DNA of 63,099 nucleotides, filler included, from Bonamia ostreae (Eukaryota): NCBI GenBank assembly GCA_040357525.1. It is 32 parts of 32 records of this genome, joined end to end, with 100 filler letters (N's around TTAATTAATTAA, not from the genome) between each part and the next. Parts side by side here need not be neighbours in the genome. Positions count along the whole stretch, not along the records: positions 37,662 to 39,532 come from JBDODL010001245.1; positions 39,633 to 41,500 come from JBDODL010001246.1; positions 41,601 to 43,468 come from JBDODL010001247.1; positions 43,569 to 45,436 come from JBDODL010001248.1; positions 45,537 to 47,402 come from JBDODL010001249.1; positions 47,503 to 49,368 come from JBDODL010001250.1; positions 49,469 to 51,332 come from JBDODL010001251.1; positions 51,433 to 53,296 come from JBDODL010001252.1; 24 more parts are not named here. One strand, 5' to 3'. Shown piece by piece: positions 39,024 to 52,768 of this stretch (position 1 is its first letter; each line of letters starts with the position of its first letter). The notes under the pieces were generated by a model. It saw only the letters and a program-made list of their open reading frames with translations, ran no database searches and was not told where the DNA came from. The position numbers and the translations under genes were made by a program.

Positions 39024-40317
39024 AGCCTAGATAAAAGTGTTCTTAAAAAGCAAATCTCTGAACGAAGACGTTCATCACACGAGACATAATTCTTAAGGAT
39101 TATTCAATATGCATTAGAAATGAATAGGTTTTGAACTTAAAAAACAATATTTCGATTTTTAATGTCTCTGCCATGAAACAGTCGGAATATGATGTTTCTC
39201 CTTTCGTCCTGTCATAGTTATTCTTCCAGACTTTTTCCTGTGCTTGCAGATAGTGGTATATGCTTGGTATATATTTATAGCATTATAATTTATTTTGCTT
39301 ATATAAAAACAATGTTTGAAACATTATAGTAAAACGTGAATAATTCATTCATGAGGTATTTTACTTCATTTTCCAAAATATTGAATGTCGCATTCTCTCT
39401 CATTATTCCTGCATTTTAATCACGGTTCAAATTTTAAAAGTTTTTGCGTCTTTGTTACAGGTAATACCTCCCATATAACGTATTTTTAGAATTGTATTAA
39501 ATAAAAAGCATTCTGAGTGTATTTACATAGTCNNNNNNNNNNNNNNNNNNNNNNNNNNNNNNNNNNNNNNNNNNNNTTAATTAATTAANNNNNNNNNNNN
39601 NNNNNNNNNNNNNNNNNNNNNNNNNNNNNNNNTGATCATACGCAGAACCAGCTATATCACATCCAAAACATCTACCATGAACATATCATAGGCAACAGTT
39701 TCAGTTATGTCATCACAAATCCATTGACTATCATCATATCCATTTAACTTCTTCTCCGATGTGGTATTATTCTCTTTGGCTATACATTTGTAGGTAACAG
39801 TAGGTTCGGAATTTAATCGAATATCGTTCGAAAGCAAGAGACACAAAACCCTGCTTATCTTATTTGTTCTCAATTCGTATTGGTCCTTTGATGAGTTTTT
39901 CCTATGATTTGCACAGTTGAAATTTCTATTTAAAATTTATTTTCTACAGCAAAGAAACTTTGGTGTGAGAACAGAGCATTGAAAACATCTCAATTAGTCA
40001 AATCATAGTCCAATTCCTGTACAGGTACAACGGTTCTGAAATGCATAAACATACAAAATACACATAATAGGACGAGAGATGTCAGTGCACCTTTTATCAC
40101 GGCGGCCATGTTTAGGGGGATACACATGTGAAATTAGTCAGCCATATCACTAACCATTCAAAAATGATGGCAAATGTACAAGTCATTGCGTACAAACAGA
40201 CAGACATAATGAAAATTCTATACCTCCGAATATCCGTTTTCGTATCATGTCATGTATGTTGTACAGATAATACATTAGATTCTTGTTAAATTGGATGTAA
40301 AAACCCAATAAACTCAC

Positions 40318-40395
40318 GTGTCTGACATTTCTCTCCCTCCACTCCCTCAGTCCATCCCCGTGGACACGTGCCGTTGACCTGATGACAGGGATCTC
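40318..40395 (-). CDS. EGF/laminin-type exon (MEGF10/SCARF-like), possibly degenerate; host-type
   Basis: DPCHQVNGTCPRGWTEGVEGEKCQT ending at a GTGAG donor. Confidence 0.5.
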
Positions 40396-40944
40396 NNNNN
40401 NNNNNTTGTACTTTTATTCTAATAAAGAACCTAATGTATATGTACAGTGTAGCATTTAAAAAAAAAATATTGCACATATTCTAAGTCATATATATGGTAA
40501 TTTATACATTGAATTTTAATTGTTTACATCAGGATCTATATAAGCACCCTGGAAACTAAGTCCATTAATTAAGATTTAATGACCCCAGAGCGAAACAGAA
40601 TAGGCGTCCTTACATATAGTATCCATGCATGGTTGGTTGGTCGAAGTAAAATGCAAATGCAATTTTCTTTTTATCAACCTTGTCCAACACTGTCGTTTGC
40701 CAGATATCCGACAAAATGAAGTTTGAATACAACATGCTTAAATAATATTGATACTTATAGACATGTCTCATTCTAAATTTGACTGTTCCATCGAGGAAAA
40801 CATTAATCGGATTTATTTCCCAAAATTCGAAATATAACTTGTAGTACACATTTCTAGCATCTACAGAACTGTGGTTCTCTGGGTTTAAATGGGAAAGATC
40901 AAAGCATGAAAAGAAAAGTGATACATCTCAAAACTATTACAAAG

Positions 40945-41140
40945 AAGACACAATGAAAAGCAGATCAAGTGCGTAGGAAGAGTAAGCGTTCCCTGTCGAC
41001 TGGTTACACCCACCGTGGGCCGTATATTTTGATCGGGTTAACGGACTAATCCGTTGTCAAAATCAGTGTAAAGAANNNNNNNNNNAATATTGGTGTGAAA
41101 CACGTCAGACAGCATTGAGCCCTATGACAGGTTATATTGG
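40945..41140 (+). repeat. Host interspersed repeat fragment, related to 33490-33616
   Basis: Visible similarity between the two contigs. Confidence 0.55.
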
Positions 41141-41600
41141 TATAGGGCATAACTTTAATTTCACATGATTTTGGCGTACCCGATGAATCAAGTGTTTGAA
41201 ATCAAACCATTCCCTAGCATATTCCCAATCTAATTGTTTAATTATACAAAAAGCATTATTAAAGGTACAGGGTTGGTCACAGTTTTTCCCCGAGGAGACA
41301 ATTCAAAATTTACAGATATATGACACTCGGACTGTGTGCAAAAGAAGCTGTTTCTTAATGATCATATTTATGTAACGACCATAATATATGCAATGCAGAT
41401 TCTTTCCTAATGCTTTCCAGTTCTGAGTTCTGTAGTTACAAAGCTATGTACTTTTGGACGGAAATGGCGTATATCTCGTCCCTATCATAGTCGTAGTGAA
41501 NNNNNNNNNNNNNNNNNNNNNNNNNNNNNNNNNNNNNNNNNNNNTTAATTAATTAANNNNNNNNNNNNNNNNNNNNNNNNNNNNNNNNNNNNNNNNNNNN

Positions 41601-43299
41601 CCCCAAAAAATTCGAATCAAAAAAATTTGTTTTCTTGCTCTTTCTGCTCCAAAAAATTTGCAAGAGCTCCCAACTTCCAAAAACATCTAAATTCCCACCA
41701 AAACATTCCGCAGTGCCATCCTTGTTGGTACTGCCAAAAAGGTTTCAGTCGAAAATGCGTTTTGGTGCGCCACGTCAAAGAGGTTCATCAATTCGACGAC
41801 AAAAACAGAGTTCGTTGTCCAAAATGCTCCAAATCATTCAAGTTCAAAACCTCTTTGTCGAACCATCTGAAGATTCACAACGACGAGATCTTCAAATGTG
41901 CTGTCTGCGGGAAAGTTTTCAAGTGCAAACGATATTTGAATACGCACATGCAACGCCATGGCGAGTCGATGCACGCGTGCAAAGTCTGCGGAAAGATGTT
42001 TGCGGCGCATGTCGACGTTCTGAAGCACAATAAAGTGCACAGAGAGAATTTTCGATGCGCGAAGTGCAAAGTCGTTTTTAAAGAAATGGCGGGGAAAATA
42101 GTGCACTGTTGTTCGGAATCGAAGGTTTATTATTTTTTGAGAAAAGTTTTGTAAAAGTAATTTTTTTAAATCTATTTGTTGCAATTTTTAAAGAAAAGTT
42201 TTGTAAAAGTAATTTTTTAATCGATTTGTTGCAATTTTTCTAGAAAAGTTTTGTAAAAGCAATTTTTTTTATCGATTTGTTGCAATTTTTCGACAAAAGT
42301 TTTGTAAAAGTAATTTTTTAATCGATTTGATGCAATTTTTAAAGAAAAGTTTTGTAAAAGTAATTTTTTTTATCGATTTGTTGCAATTTTTCTAGAAAAG
42401 TTTTGTAAAAGTAATTTTTTTTATCGATATTGCAATTTTTTTTATCGATTTGTTGCAATTTTTCGAGAAAAGTTTTGTAAAAGTAATTTTTAATCGATTT
42501 TTGTAAATTTAATTGACAAAATATAAAATTTCCTGTCAAATAAGAAAAGAAAATTCAGAATTTCTGACGAAATGGCGAGTGATTTCGTCAAAACAGTTCG
42601 AAACGCTGCTTTAAATGGCAGAAAATATTCCGTAGATGAAGCGATGCGATTAATGTCGCAAACTATCCCTTCTTCGCTTTGCACCGAACATATTCTTTTC
42701 AGTTTAAGTTCAAGATTCGACTTGAAATTTTATGATTTGAGAAAAAACAATTGCCCGCCTCCTCCGCCTCCTTCGAAATCGAATTTAGTTAAAATGGGAG
42801 AAAATGCTACTTTTGAAAAGTCATCTTTTCCGGCCACAAAAACTTCTCTTGTTATTCCCAAAACAGCTTTACCGGAAAAATCTAAAGTGCACTGTATTTT
42901 TTTTGTTAATTTTAGAAATATTTAATACGAAAAAAGACAAAAATTTTAGTTAATTTTTGTAATTTGAGAACAAAAATATTAATGAAAAAAGACAATGTAA
43001 AAATAAACCAAAAATTAAAAGGGTATTTAAGACTTGAAGACGAAAACAAAATCTCAACAGAAATAGAAATGCAAACTCGAGAAGTGATAGAAATGATCAA
43101 AGAATCGGCTGATAAAGGATTTGATAACATAAAATTGATTTTTAACGCGGAAAATGAAACCAAATTGATGATTGCGATTACTAAATCGATGGAAGAAAAG
43201 GGATTTAAATGTTGGAATTGCAGAGAAATTGAGAATGAGAGACAAAGTCAATATTATTCTTTAAACATCGAATGGGGCCATCTTTCAGCTTCTCATTGA
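41601..43299 (+). CDS. C2H2 zinc-finger protein (5-6 fingers), probably continuing past a repeat-filled intron into the 42572 and 42964 ORFs
   Basis: Repeated CxxC..F..L..H..H; intron 42125-42544 joins ESK|KRKFRISDEMASDF in frame. Confidence 0.7.
42140..42505. repeat. ~51-bp tandem repeat, about 7 copies (AAAGTTTTGTAAAAGTAATTTTTT.ATCGATTTGTTGCAATTTTT)
   Basis: Periodicity directly visible. Confidence 0.9.
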
Positions 43300-45945
43300 C
43301 CATTTTAAATAATTTTATTTGTAGAATATTTTTTTATATTTTCGCTGTTTATTAAATTTTCATTTTTTGCTGTTTATTCAATTTTTATAATTTTATTATA
43401 ATTTTTATAATTTTTTATTGCGATCACTTCAAAATTGACACATGTTCCTTCCAAGCAAATGATTGATTNNNNNNNNNNNNNNNNNNNNNNNNNNNNNNNN
43501 NNNNNNNNNNNNTTAATTAATTAANNNNNNNNNNNNNNNNNNNNNNNNNNNNNNNNNNNNNNNNNNNNTATGTATTGCATACTTTGACGATTTCCGAAAG
43601 AAATTGCTCAATATATATTTATCATTATACATCTATAAAGTGCAAATAAATAAAGATAAGTTCACCAAAATTTTATCAACCCAAATTGATTGTATACACT
43701 GTACCTTGTAAGCACAAATCCGCAAAATTATACGAGATGTCCACTGTCAAGCAATGAAACTGTTGTTATATAAGATATCTATTTTCCCCCATGTACTCAG
43801 TAAAATATGTACGTACCATCAAAATGTATTCCATTTGATTGTATATTTATATCTTATAATATTGTAAGTAAATTGGTCATAATTTTTTTCATAATTCATT
43901 GTCAAAGATTGATAGTGCAAATACAGATCCTGGAATTTCGGAAACATCATCCTATGTAAAACAAAAATAGAATTCCATATGTATTTCTTCCTATTTTATC
44001 TATTAGGCCCCTTAAACATATCTAGCTTGCAATAACAGAAATTCCTATTACTTGTAATATTTTTTACACACAAATATGAGGCATGGCAACCTTAGTGGCA
44101 TATTGTGTAATTTTTAAGGAAAATATGTCGGGACCTCTTAGGACAAAAAACTTACCGGTAGTCCTTATCAAGAAAATATGCTAGGTAGGTGAGCTATATC
44201 TGTAATAAAAGACATATTTCATTGGAATAAAAGTGCTTCCTCTACAGCATGTGCAATGCCATCTTATCTTTGCAAAAAATAAATAAACCCTTGTATAAAT
44301 AATATTGCCAGTGTGGTCTACCTATCTACCAGTCTGAGATATTCCATTTAGGGATTTCCTCCAACCTCTCGAACAGTTGGGTTTGATTCATGGTTGCATG
44401 GTATGTTGCCATTTGAAGAAAATAATACGATTTTTTTTATGTGTTCACCTAGTTTTATCAAATCTATAGCAGCTCATTTAACCTCTACGGAGTTAAGCGA
44501 GTCATTGAGTGATTTTACTGACCGTGACACTTTTACAGTGACTGTGGGGAATATATTGGAGACATTCGATATACCTTCTACTATCCATGAATATGTGTCG
44601 TATTTCATTTGCGATGCATGTACATCTGCACTTTGTACCATTTTTTTATGTCAAGAAATATTGTTGAAGTAGCCAATAGCTACTTCATTCTAATAGAAAA
44701 AGTACAAGAACAAAATCATTCGAATGCTTAACTAAAATATCGTATTGCCTACTTATTATCAGTCGCTATCATAATGTAAGCGGATATAAGTGTTCGAATA
44801 AAACCCTAGTATTTCCTGTTTGCAAATGTTCGGGGGAAAATCCTAGCACCAAAATATCACTTTGGCTAAGCACTTTCTTCAGATGATAGATTTTACAATT
44901 GATTATATAGGCAGAGACAATAAAAGCAATCAACAACAAACATTCACATCCTAGTGTATTTGACATTTTGTAAATTCTGTGGCAAGACAAATGATTTACA
45001 AAAGGTCAAATACCCAGCTTATGGTAAACTGTACAAGAAGAAAAAAAAAACCGGAATCAGTTTGATACAGTATGTGCAAAATGTCATATAAAAGCCATTA
45101 CAGCACAGGAGACCATATACAATCTCTCTGTCGCGTACTAGGGGACGTCCAACTCCTCAGACACCGTTAATGGTTATTCATTTTGGAAGGTATTAAGACG
45201 ATCATACAGAGCGCGCAAGTAAATTTTATACACTGCATGTGGAATTAAATGCAACATCAGACCTTTACATTCACCACCGTTACGAAATAGCCTGTTGTTT
45301 CATTGTTTTGTCGGATTTACCGATGATATAAATTACCCCTACGTCGCTAAATGGCGTCAATGGATTCATACCCCTACGTCGCCAAATGGCGTCAATGGAT
45401 TCATGTTCCCACATAGAATAAGCAAAATTGTCATTTNNNNNNNNNNNNNNNNNNNNNNNNNNNNNNNNNNNNNNNNNNNNTTAATTAATTAANNNNNNNN
45501 NNNNNNNNNNNNNNNNNNNNNNNNNNNNNNNNNNNNTAAATATAATAATTATAAGGTTTTAAATGTATGAGAAAAAAAAATTTTCTTATAATAGGTAAGA
45601 TGTATATAAGCAAAAATTATTTTTGCTTTAATTCTCAGATATTTAAAAATCGAGTTTTGTTCTTTAATATAAAAAGATAATTATACCAATTAAAACGATA
45701 ACAAAATTAAACCTGGTTGGTCTGATAAAAAATGAATTTAAAATATACATGATAAATAATAAAAAGCATGCTAAATGCTCATTTGTGTTCGCATCAGTTT
45801 TTAACGCAACAAAACACTTGAGAGTAATAGAAAATTTAATAAAGTCGAGAAATATCCCATTCAATACAGGTTAAATTTGAAAATTTTAGCTGTCATTTTT
45901 TCAAACAAGAAAAGCTCTTCAAATATAATTTCTTCGGATGAAAGC

Positions 45946-46691
45946 ATGAGTAACATATCTGAAGAATTCGAAGATCTTAAAAATGTTTCTATGGAAAATT
46001 TATTTGAAATCGAATATCCAATAAATTCTGAAAAGTTTTATCAAATGGTGTTCTCAAATAATTCAACTTACTCACTAATCGATTTTTTTAACGAGGAAGA
46101 TGGATATTCAAATATAAAAATTTCAAAATGGCAATTTTTAAATAAAATGCATGTTAGAAATATTAGCTTTGAGTACGAAATGAAAGGTAAATATTATCTA
46201 ATTAAAGATATTCCTTTTTTAATGAAATCTATCGCATCAAATATAAAAGTGTCAAGAATAGAAAAACTTATAAAAAACAAAAACTCATTCAGTTTGTGTG
46301 TTAATATACAAACACCTGAAATATCTTATGGGAGTTTCTTTGAAATTTTTCACTTGTATAGTGTTAAGGTTTTAATATTAACCGTGAAGAATATTTCAAA
46401 AAACAAAAGCAATTTAATAGTGAAATACGGTATAAAAATTATTAAACGCATTCCATTTTTGCAAAACAAAATAGTTAAAAAGTTTTAATAATAATTTTTA
46501 GATCTTATTATCAAAACAAAGAAATTCTTGTAAAATATTTTGGAAAATTAAAATCTATTATAGGTAATTCAAAGATAGAAAACGAAAAGGAAATCAAAAA
46601 AGTACAAATTAATGATAAAAAATTTGGATATATTCTCATAATATTAATATTGATAATAACTTGTACTACTATTGTATATTTTTATAAATGA
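45946..46691 (+). CDS. VASt (StART-like, LAM/GRAMD1 family) lipid-transfer protein with a C-terminal TM
   Basis: YPINSEKFYQMVFS..ISKW..RNISF..TPEISYGSFFEI; hydrophobic C-terminus. Confidence 0.65.
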
Positions 46692-49677
46692 TGTAACAAT
46701 TTTATATTAATTTTAATTATATATATGAATTGTTACTATTAGATTTTTATATTATTTTGACGATTTCTAATTTACATACATAAATCTCCACTTATTGTTC
46801 TACTAGTTAAATAGATTTGTAACTTTAATTAAAGTCTAAAAATGGAGTCATTTTATTCTTAACAATAAGAAATTTTTATTAAACAAACACATCAACTTAT
46901 TGTTATTAGTTGTTACTAGATTAAAACTAACACCATAGGAGACAAATCAATAAATTTTTACAACAATTTTATATTTTGATTTTGTGTGTTGTTTAAACTA
47001 CTCATTAAATGTTACCTATCAAGCTTATTAACATTTTCATTAACAAAAGAACAGTGCAGATCTTCATCAGAATCCTCACCCCTTCCTTAACAGGCATTGC
47101 TGATGCACCTTGTCTGCAATCTTTATAGCGAACGACATCTCTAAGCACCAATCTTTAAAAGTCCTTCTGTGGGCTACCCAAATCCCACAAGGGGTCGGGT
47201 ATGCACAGGAGAACATTTTAGCGGGAGTTGCGCCCGTAACATTTACGCTGCTCATTAAGGACAAATGCCAAACTTGAGAGCAAAAATTCCTCTGAGTTAA
47301 AACCAGTTTATGGAGCGACAAAAGGTAAATAACTTTAACTTTTGGTCCAACAGTTATAACATTCTAAGATGATGCATCAGTCGACGATAGGATTTTTACC
47401 TTNNNNNNNNNNNNNNNNNNNNNNNNNNNNNNNNNNNNNNNNNNNNTTAATTAATTAANNNNNNNNNNNNNNNNNNNNNNNNNNNNNNNNNNNNNNNNNN
47501 NNAATGTAAGGAAGGGTTTCCTCAGTTATGTGCGGGTGGTAGAGACAAAGAAAGATTGCACAATGAAAATGATTTATGCATAGTCAAATGATATACAACA
47601 GCTAAATATCTCTACGTCAAATTCTTGTTCACATAAAATATCTAATTTTAGAAACAAACAATTTACAACCTACCACAAAAATGCCAAAAATAGCAAGCAG
47701 TTACCTTACAAAAGAAGCGTGTCAGTACAAATTAGTTTAGTTTAAAATTGAACACAAATAAATTTACGATGCAATGATATGATGAAATAGAATATGCAAA
47801 TGCATGGAAAACGTTCAATATGAAACTATATACATTAGAATAATCTGCTGAATTTATGTTTACTAACAAAACTCTCTTCACACGAGAAAGCTTTCTTTTT
47901 ACGAATGTTCTGCAATTCCATCTATTACTATTCGTAGATCCCCGCAATTTGTCCAGCTCCTAGCGTTCCTTCAAGCTATATACTCAAGACCGTGTAACAT
48001 ATCCAGCTATGGTACCTTATATAAGTATTCTCTATCTAATTAGTTTAAATGTCACGTCACACTTCCATTTCATTGACACAACTGTGACGTCAAACTTTGG
48101 AACACTCGTGTTCTTTACATTTCATGGTAACCTATATCATGTATTAGACCATGATTGTCATAGTCTGACTTTCTAAGCAAACAAAAAACTACACCGTGAA
48201 AAATACTGAAGTAGATAATTCTAAACTAGAGATGGTTACTGAAAAAAACAAACAAATTAATACCACTGAGTCCGGGGTTTGTTTGATATTTACGCCGAAG
48301 TCAAACCAGCGACAGAAGCTGCATACGTGCACATATACATTCTATGTTTGTGGCGGATTAAACGTCCCGACTTACCCAAAGTAACTAACCCGCACGCTTG
48401 CACAAAATGAAATGAAATAATGAACTTCACCACAAACACTTCTATTTCTACCGAAAATGTAAAGCGCTTTGAACAACAACAGGAGGTTGTTGATAACATC
48501 TACATAAACCATTTCGTTATCAAAGCAATATATCAATAACAACGGTTAAAAGTGCATTGAAAAATTATTAATAAAATCTTTCAGATCCCTGAATATATTG
48601 CAATTTTTTCAAGAAACTAAAATACACGCTACATGAAGACGTTTAGAGATGTTTTTAATGTCTTCTATATTTTCTAGTATTTTCATGATACTGGTTTTAA
48701 AGCCCCGACTGTGTACCTTGAATTTCTAATATGTAAGAATACTTAGCTCTGAATCATTTGCCTTGTGAAACGGTTCGATTCTTCTTCTTGTATAAAAACT
48801 TAATAGGAAGTGTTACAAAACTCGGTTCGTATGAAGACCTCGAAAGCATGAAGGATAAGGACAGACAGATTAGACTGGAAAGCGTATAGATAGTCAGACA
48901 ATATTCTCTTTGTCTATAATATATATATTCAACAATCCGTAGTTTTAATCTTTTTGAAAACATATAGTCGGTTCCGCTGTTCGTGAGGTCATTCTAGTAG
49001 CACCAATTTATTTTCTTATTAAAATCTATAGTTGAAGTTACAAAACAAACTATGATAAAGAATGAAATTGAAACTATTTTAAAATCAATATCAGAAAACA
49101 TATGTAAGTAATATTACTAGCCAAACACTAATTCATTTGTTGAAGGTTGTCAATGTATAACAAAAGGTGGCGAGGTGAAAAGCCATGTCTTCTTGGTGTA
49201 CAACTTCATTGCAACTTCTGAAGAAATCTAATAGTTTGTTAATTGATGTAAGACAATCATGTTCTGTGTTATAGATCAGAGTGTTATTATCGTCAGGGAA
49301 GGATTCGGCAAAATGTTATATTTCTTTAGTTTTTTCCTCGAGCTTTTCAATTTTCCTTGCAAAAGTTTNNNNNNNNNNNNNNNNNNNNNNNNNNNNNNNN
49401 NNNNNNNNNNNNTTAATTAATTAANNNNNNNNNNNNNNNNNNNNNNNNNNNNNNNNNNNNNNNNNNNNGACGTAAATAAAAGTGTAAATAAAAGTGGAGA
49501 AATTTGATTTAATCTTTATCGTCTAAAAAATTTGTTCTTCTTGAAATGAATCTAAAACAATGTACAATTTAGAGCTAATAAATAGACATATTTATTTCTA
49601 AACAATCAAGAGCTTTTAAATCATATCGAAGCTTGTAATCATTTCAAACATTATTATATTATAACCTTTAAAACAAA

Positions 49678-50136
49678 ATGAATTCAAAATCTGCATGGAG
49701 AACACAGCCAACGCTAAAAGACAATAAATCGAAAAATTTTAGAGATATATTATCCGAACAGAAAGTCCAAGAAATTTTGAAAAACGATATGGCTATTCTA
49801 GAAAAACAAAACTCCTTTAAGAAAGAATCCAATGACTTTATTGAATCGGATTTAGCGTTAGCTCAAAAGCTTCAAGTTAAAGAAGATATGTTATTTGCAG
49901 CAATGCAGTCAACTCCGTTAATCGAGGACAGAAAGGATCCGGATTGGGCCGAAGTTACGAGAAACGAACTCGTTTCCAAAAATATTACAGTTACAAAACA
50001 CAATAAACACGTCGAAGGAAGTCGCTACGCTCAGAAAATGCAAGGCTTCAACGGAAGTGGCAATTTGGAGGGCCTCAAAGTTCCTTCTTCCGTGTTCAAT
50101 CATTTTCAGAATAGAATGAACAGAAAGAAATTATAA
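49678..50136 (+). CDS. RIOK3 N-terminal-region-like protein lacking a kinase domain
   Basis: AW..FRDILSEQ, SDLALAQKLQ, TKHN..GSRYA..LKVPSSVFN, in the same order as recalled RIOK3 motifs. Confidence 0.65.
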   Translation: MNSKSAWRTQPTLKDNKSKNFRDILSEQKVQEILKNDMAILEKQNSFKKESNDFIESDLALAQKLQVKEDMLFAAMQSTPLIEDRKDPDWAEVTRNELVSKNITVTKHNKHVEGSRYAQKMQGFNGSGNLEGLKVPSSVFNHFQNRMNRKKL

Positions 50137-50204
50137 ACCATTAAAAACCATTTTATAATTTACTAATTTTTGAAAAGCTCAACCCCAAATTATTTAGGCA
50201 ATAT

Positions 50205-51232
50205 TCATATATTATTTAATTTCAAAAATCCGTCAACTTTTTTTACAAGGTCAAACCATTTACACCACAAATCTTGCTGATCAGTAGATGGCTCTTCGAG
50301 GAAAAAACAAGTTTCGAGTTCATTTTCAATTTCGAATTCTTTATCTTATATTGATTATTGTTAAACCTATAAATCCGCAAGCTCTTAAAATGGTTTCTCC
50401 GTAATTGCTATGGAGAAGATCTCCTTTACGAGATTGAATTAAAAAAAACTTTTAAGAGCCGGATTCTCTTTACGCAATCTTCGATACTTTTCAAAAGACG
50501 GTTCAGAAACAATATTTGAAAAAATAGCCGAAAGAGCTTTAATAGAACTTTTGTAGTGATCGATGTTTAAAGATTTTATTATAACTAAAATTTTTTCGAT
50601 TTTATCCAAATTTGGCCATTTTTGGGCATTTTCACCAAAATTTTTCTTTTTTAGAAAATTCTCATTAATATTTTGCAATTCCAATCGCCTTTTCTCGATA
50701 TTTTTATTTTTTTCAAATTCAATTTTAAAGTTTTGTTCTTTTTCCGCTTTTTTGTTTTTAAATTCTAAAATGCGTTTTGCGTGTTCTGCGTCGATTTTGT
50801 TCATTTCTTCGATTTTTTTAATCTTTTCTTCGTTTTTTAATTTTTCGTCGTCATTATTTATTTTGTTGTTAACTTTATTCCCAATTTTGACCATTTTCAA
50901 GTCTTCGTTAAATTTTTGTAAAATTTGAATCGATTTTTTATAATCTGAAGACATTTTCAAAATTCTTTGAGAAGTTTTTTCGTTGTATAAACGTTCGTTT
51001 TCGTCTTTGACATTCGCTTTTTCAGCCAATTTGGATATTTTGTTTTGGTTTGTTTTGTAGAAAGATAAAATTTCGGTAACTTTAGAATTTATCTTTTCAT
51101 AAGAATTGATAAAACTTTTAAAATTTTGTTTTCGTCGACGGCTTTGTCGAATTGTGGCAAATTTTGAATCTTTTTGCAGATTTTGGCTATTTTTTCGTTG
51201 TGATAATTTTCGAGATCGGATATTATTGTCAT
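50205..51232 (-). CDS. Coiled-coil + PUB-domain protein (p97 cofactor-like)
   Basis: LSAIFSNIVSEPSFEKYRRLRKEN|..ILRACGF; two GTTT introns. Confidence 0.75.
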
Positions 51233-51463
51233 TATTTATAAAATTTTGTTATTTAAAATTTAGGTTTTGTTGTTTTTAGCGCAAATTTGTTAATTTGGAT
51301 TACTTTTAAAATTTGTTAATTTTTTGCAACTTNNNNNNNNNNNNNNNNNNNNNNNNNNNNNNNNNNNNNNNNNNNNTTAATTAATTAANNNNNNNNNNNN
51401 NNNNNNNNNNNNNNNNNNNNNNNNNNNNNNNNAATTTTCCATTTTGCAAAAAATAAATTAAAC

Positions 51464-52667
51464 CAGTTTCGTTACTTAAACTAGATTCAAAATCTAATAA
51501 ATCGTCTTTAATTTGAAAAGCAATCCCCAAATTTTTTCCATATTCGCCAACATTGTTTATCAATTCATTGTTGCACCCTTTATTTAATTTTATATAACCA
51601 CTTAGAATAGCGATTTCTTTGCAAGACTTCTCGAAAAGAGATGCAGTTTTCAAATAGTTTTTATTGATGTACATATTCATTAGTTTATCAAATCGAAAAT
51701 CCTTTTCGATTTTGATTTGCAAAAGTTCGCCATTAACCAAATCTTCGATCGTGTTGGAAACTAGTTTTGTCACCGAAGGATTTCCTATCAACGCAGTTTT
51801 ATAAGATGCCCTCGCGAGAAAAAAGTTTCCACACATTACAGCTGCTTTTTCGCCATATTTTTTACTCACAGATTCCACATTACGTCGCTTGTCTGATTTA
51901 TCAATTATGTCATCGTGTATAATCGAGCATGTGTGGATAAGCTATTTCATTGAATTTGTACATTAACAAAATTAAAAAATCAATTAAAAAGTGGGCACAA
52001 AAAACTTCGGTAACTTCAGCTAACATTATTTGTTCGTTGGAAATTTTATTTGTTCCAATCGCGTGGGCAAAAAGTAGATTGAGACAAGGTCGGAACATTT
52101 TCCCAGAATTTTGAGTTGCATAGATAACCATTTCGGTCAAAGGCGAATAATCCCTCGGCAAATTTTTTCGAAAATTCGATTCAAATTTTATAAGCGACTT
52201 ATCTATTATATCAAATGGCGACTTCAATATTCATTTTTTAAAATTTTTGTCAAGTTTTTAATAAAAACAGCACTTTTTGAACAAAATAATTGTTAAATTT
52301 TTATACAAAAAACAGAATTTCGATTTTTAATATGAAAAATCAACATTTTTAGAACAAAAATTGTAAATTTTTATATATTTTTTCTGTTTTTATATGAAAA
52401 ATCAGCACTTTTTTGGCCAAAATAATTGTTAAATTTTTATACAAAAAACAGATTTTCGATTTTTAATATTTAAAACAGCACTTTTATACCGAAAATATAA
52501 ATTTTCTGTTTTTATATGAAAAATCAGCACTTTTTGGCCAAAATAATTGTTAAATTTTTTTACAAAAAAACTTTTTTTAAGACGGAAAAGCTTCGATAAA
52601 TTTGTACTTTTATTTCGTTCAAGCACCGTCTTTCAATTTGAAGAAAAAAGAAGTTTGAACTCAGCAT
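51464..52667 (-). CDS. COQ1: Polyprenyl diphosphate synthase (Coq1/PDSS1) with a probable mitochondrial presequence (3' partial)
   Basis: GKMFRP, E|LIHTCSIIHDDIID..RR, YLKTASL, GIAFQIKDDLLD; first exon 52572-52667 (..YRSFS..) is joined across intron 52222-52571. Confidence 0.88.
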
Positions 52668-52768
52668 TAAATATAAAAAAAATTTAAAATATCACTTTTA
52701 ATTTAAAGGTTTAAAATTGAATTTTTTTCAATAAAGTTATTAATTTCCATTAATAAAATCGACCATTA

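Noticed and set aside
39652-39873. 2A-like LLLSNDIRLNSEP motif of a CR1/L2 retroelement
   Set aside because: The essential NPGP is not conserved and there is no adjoining endonuclease or RT; at most a decayed relic.
45336-45405. Two-copy ~34-bp direct repeat
   Set aside because: A simple tandem duplication without spacers, so not CRISPR.
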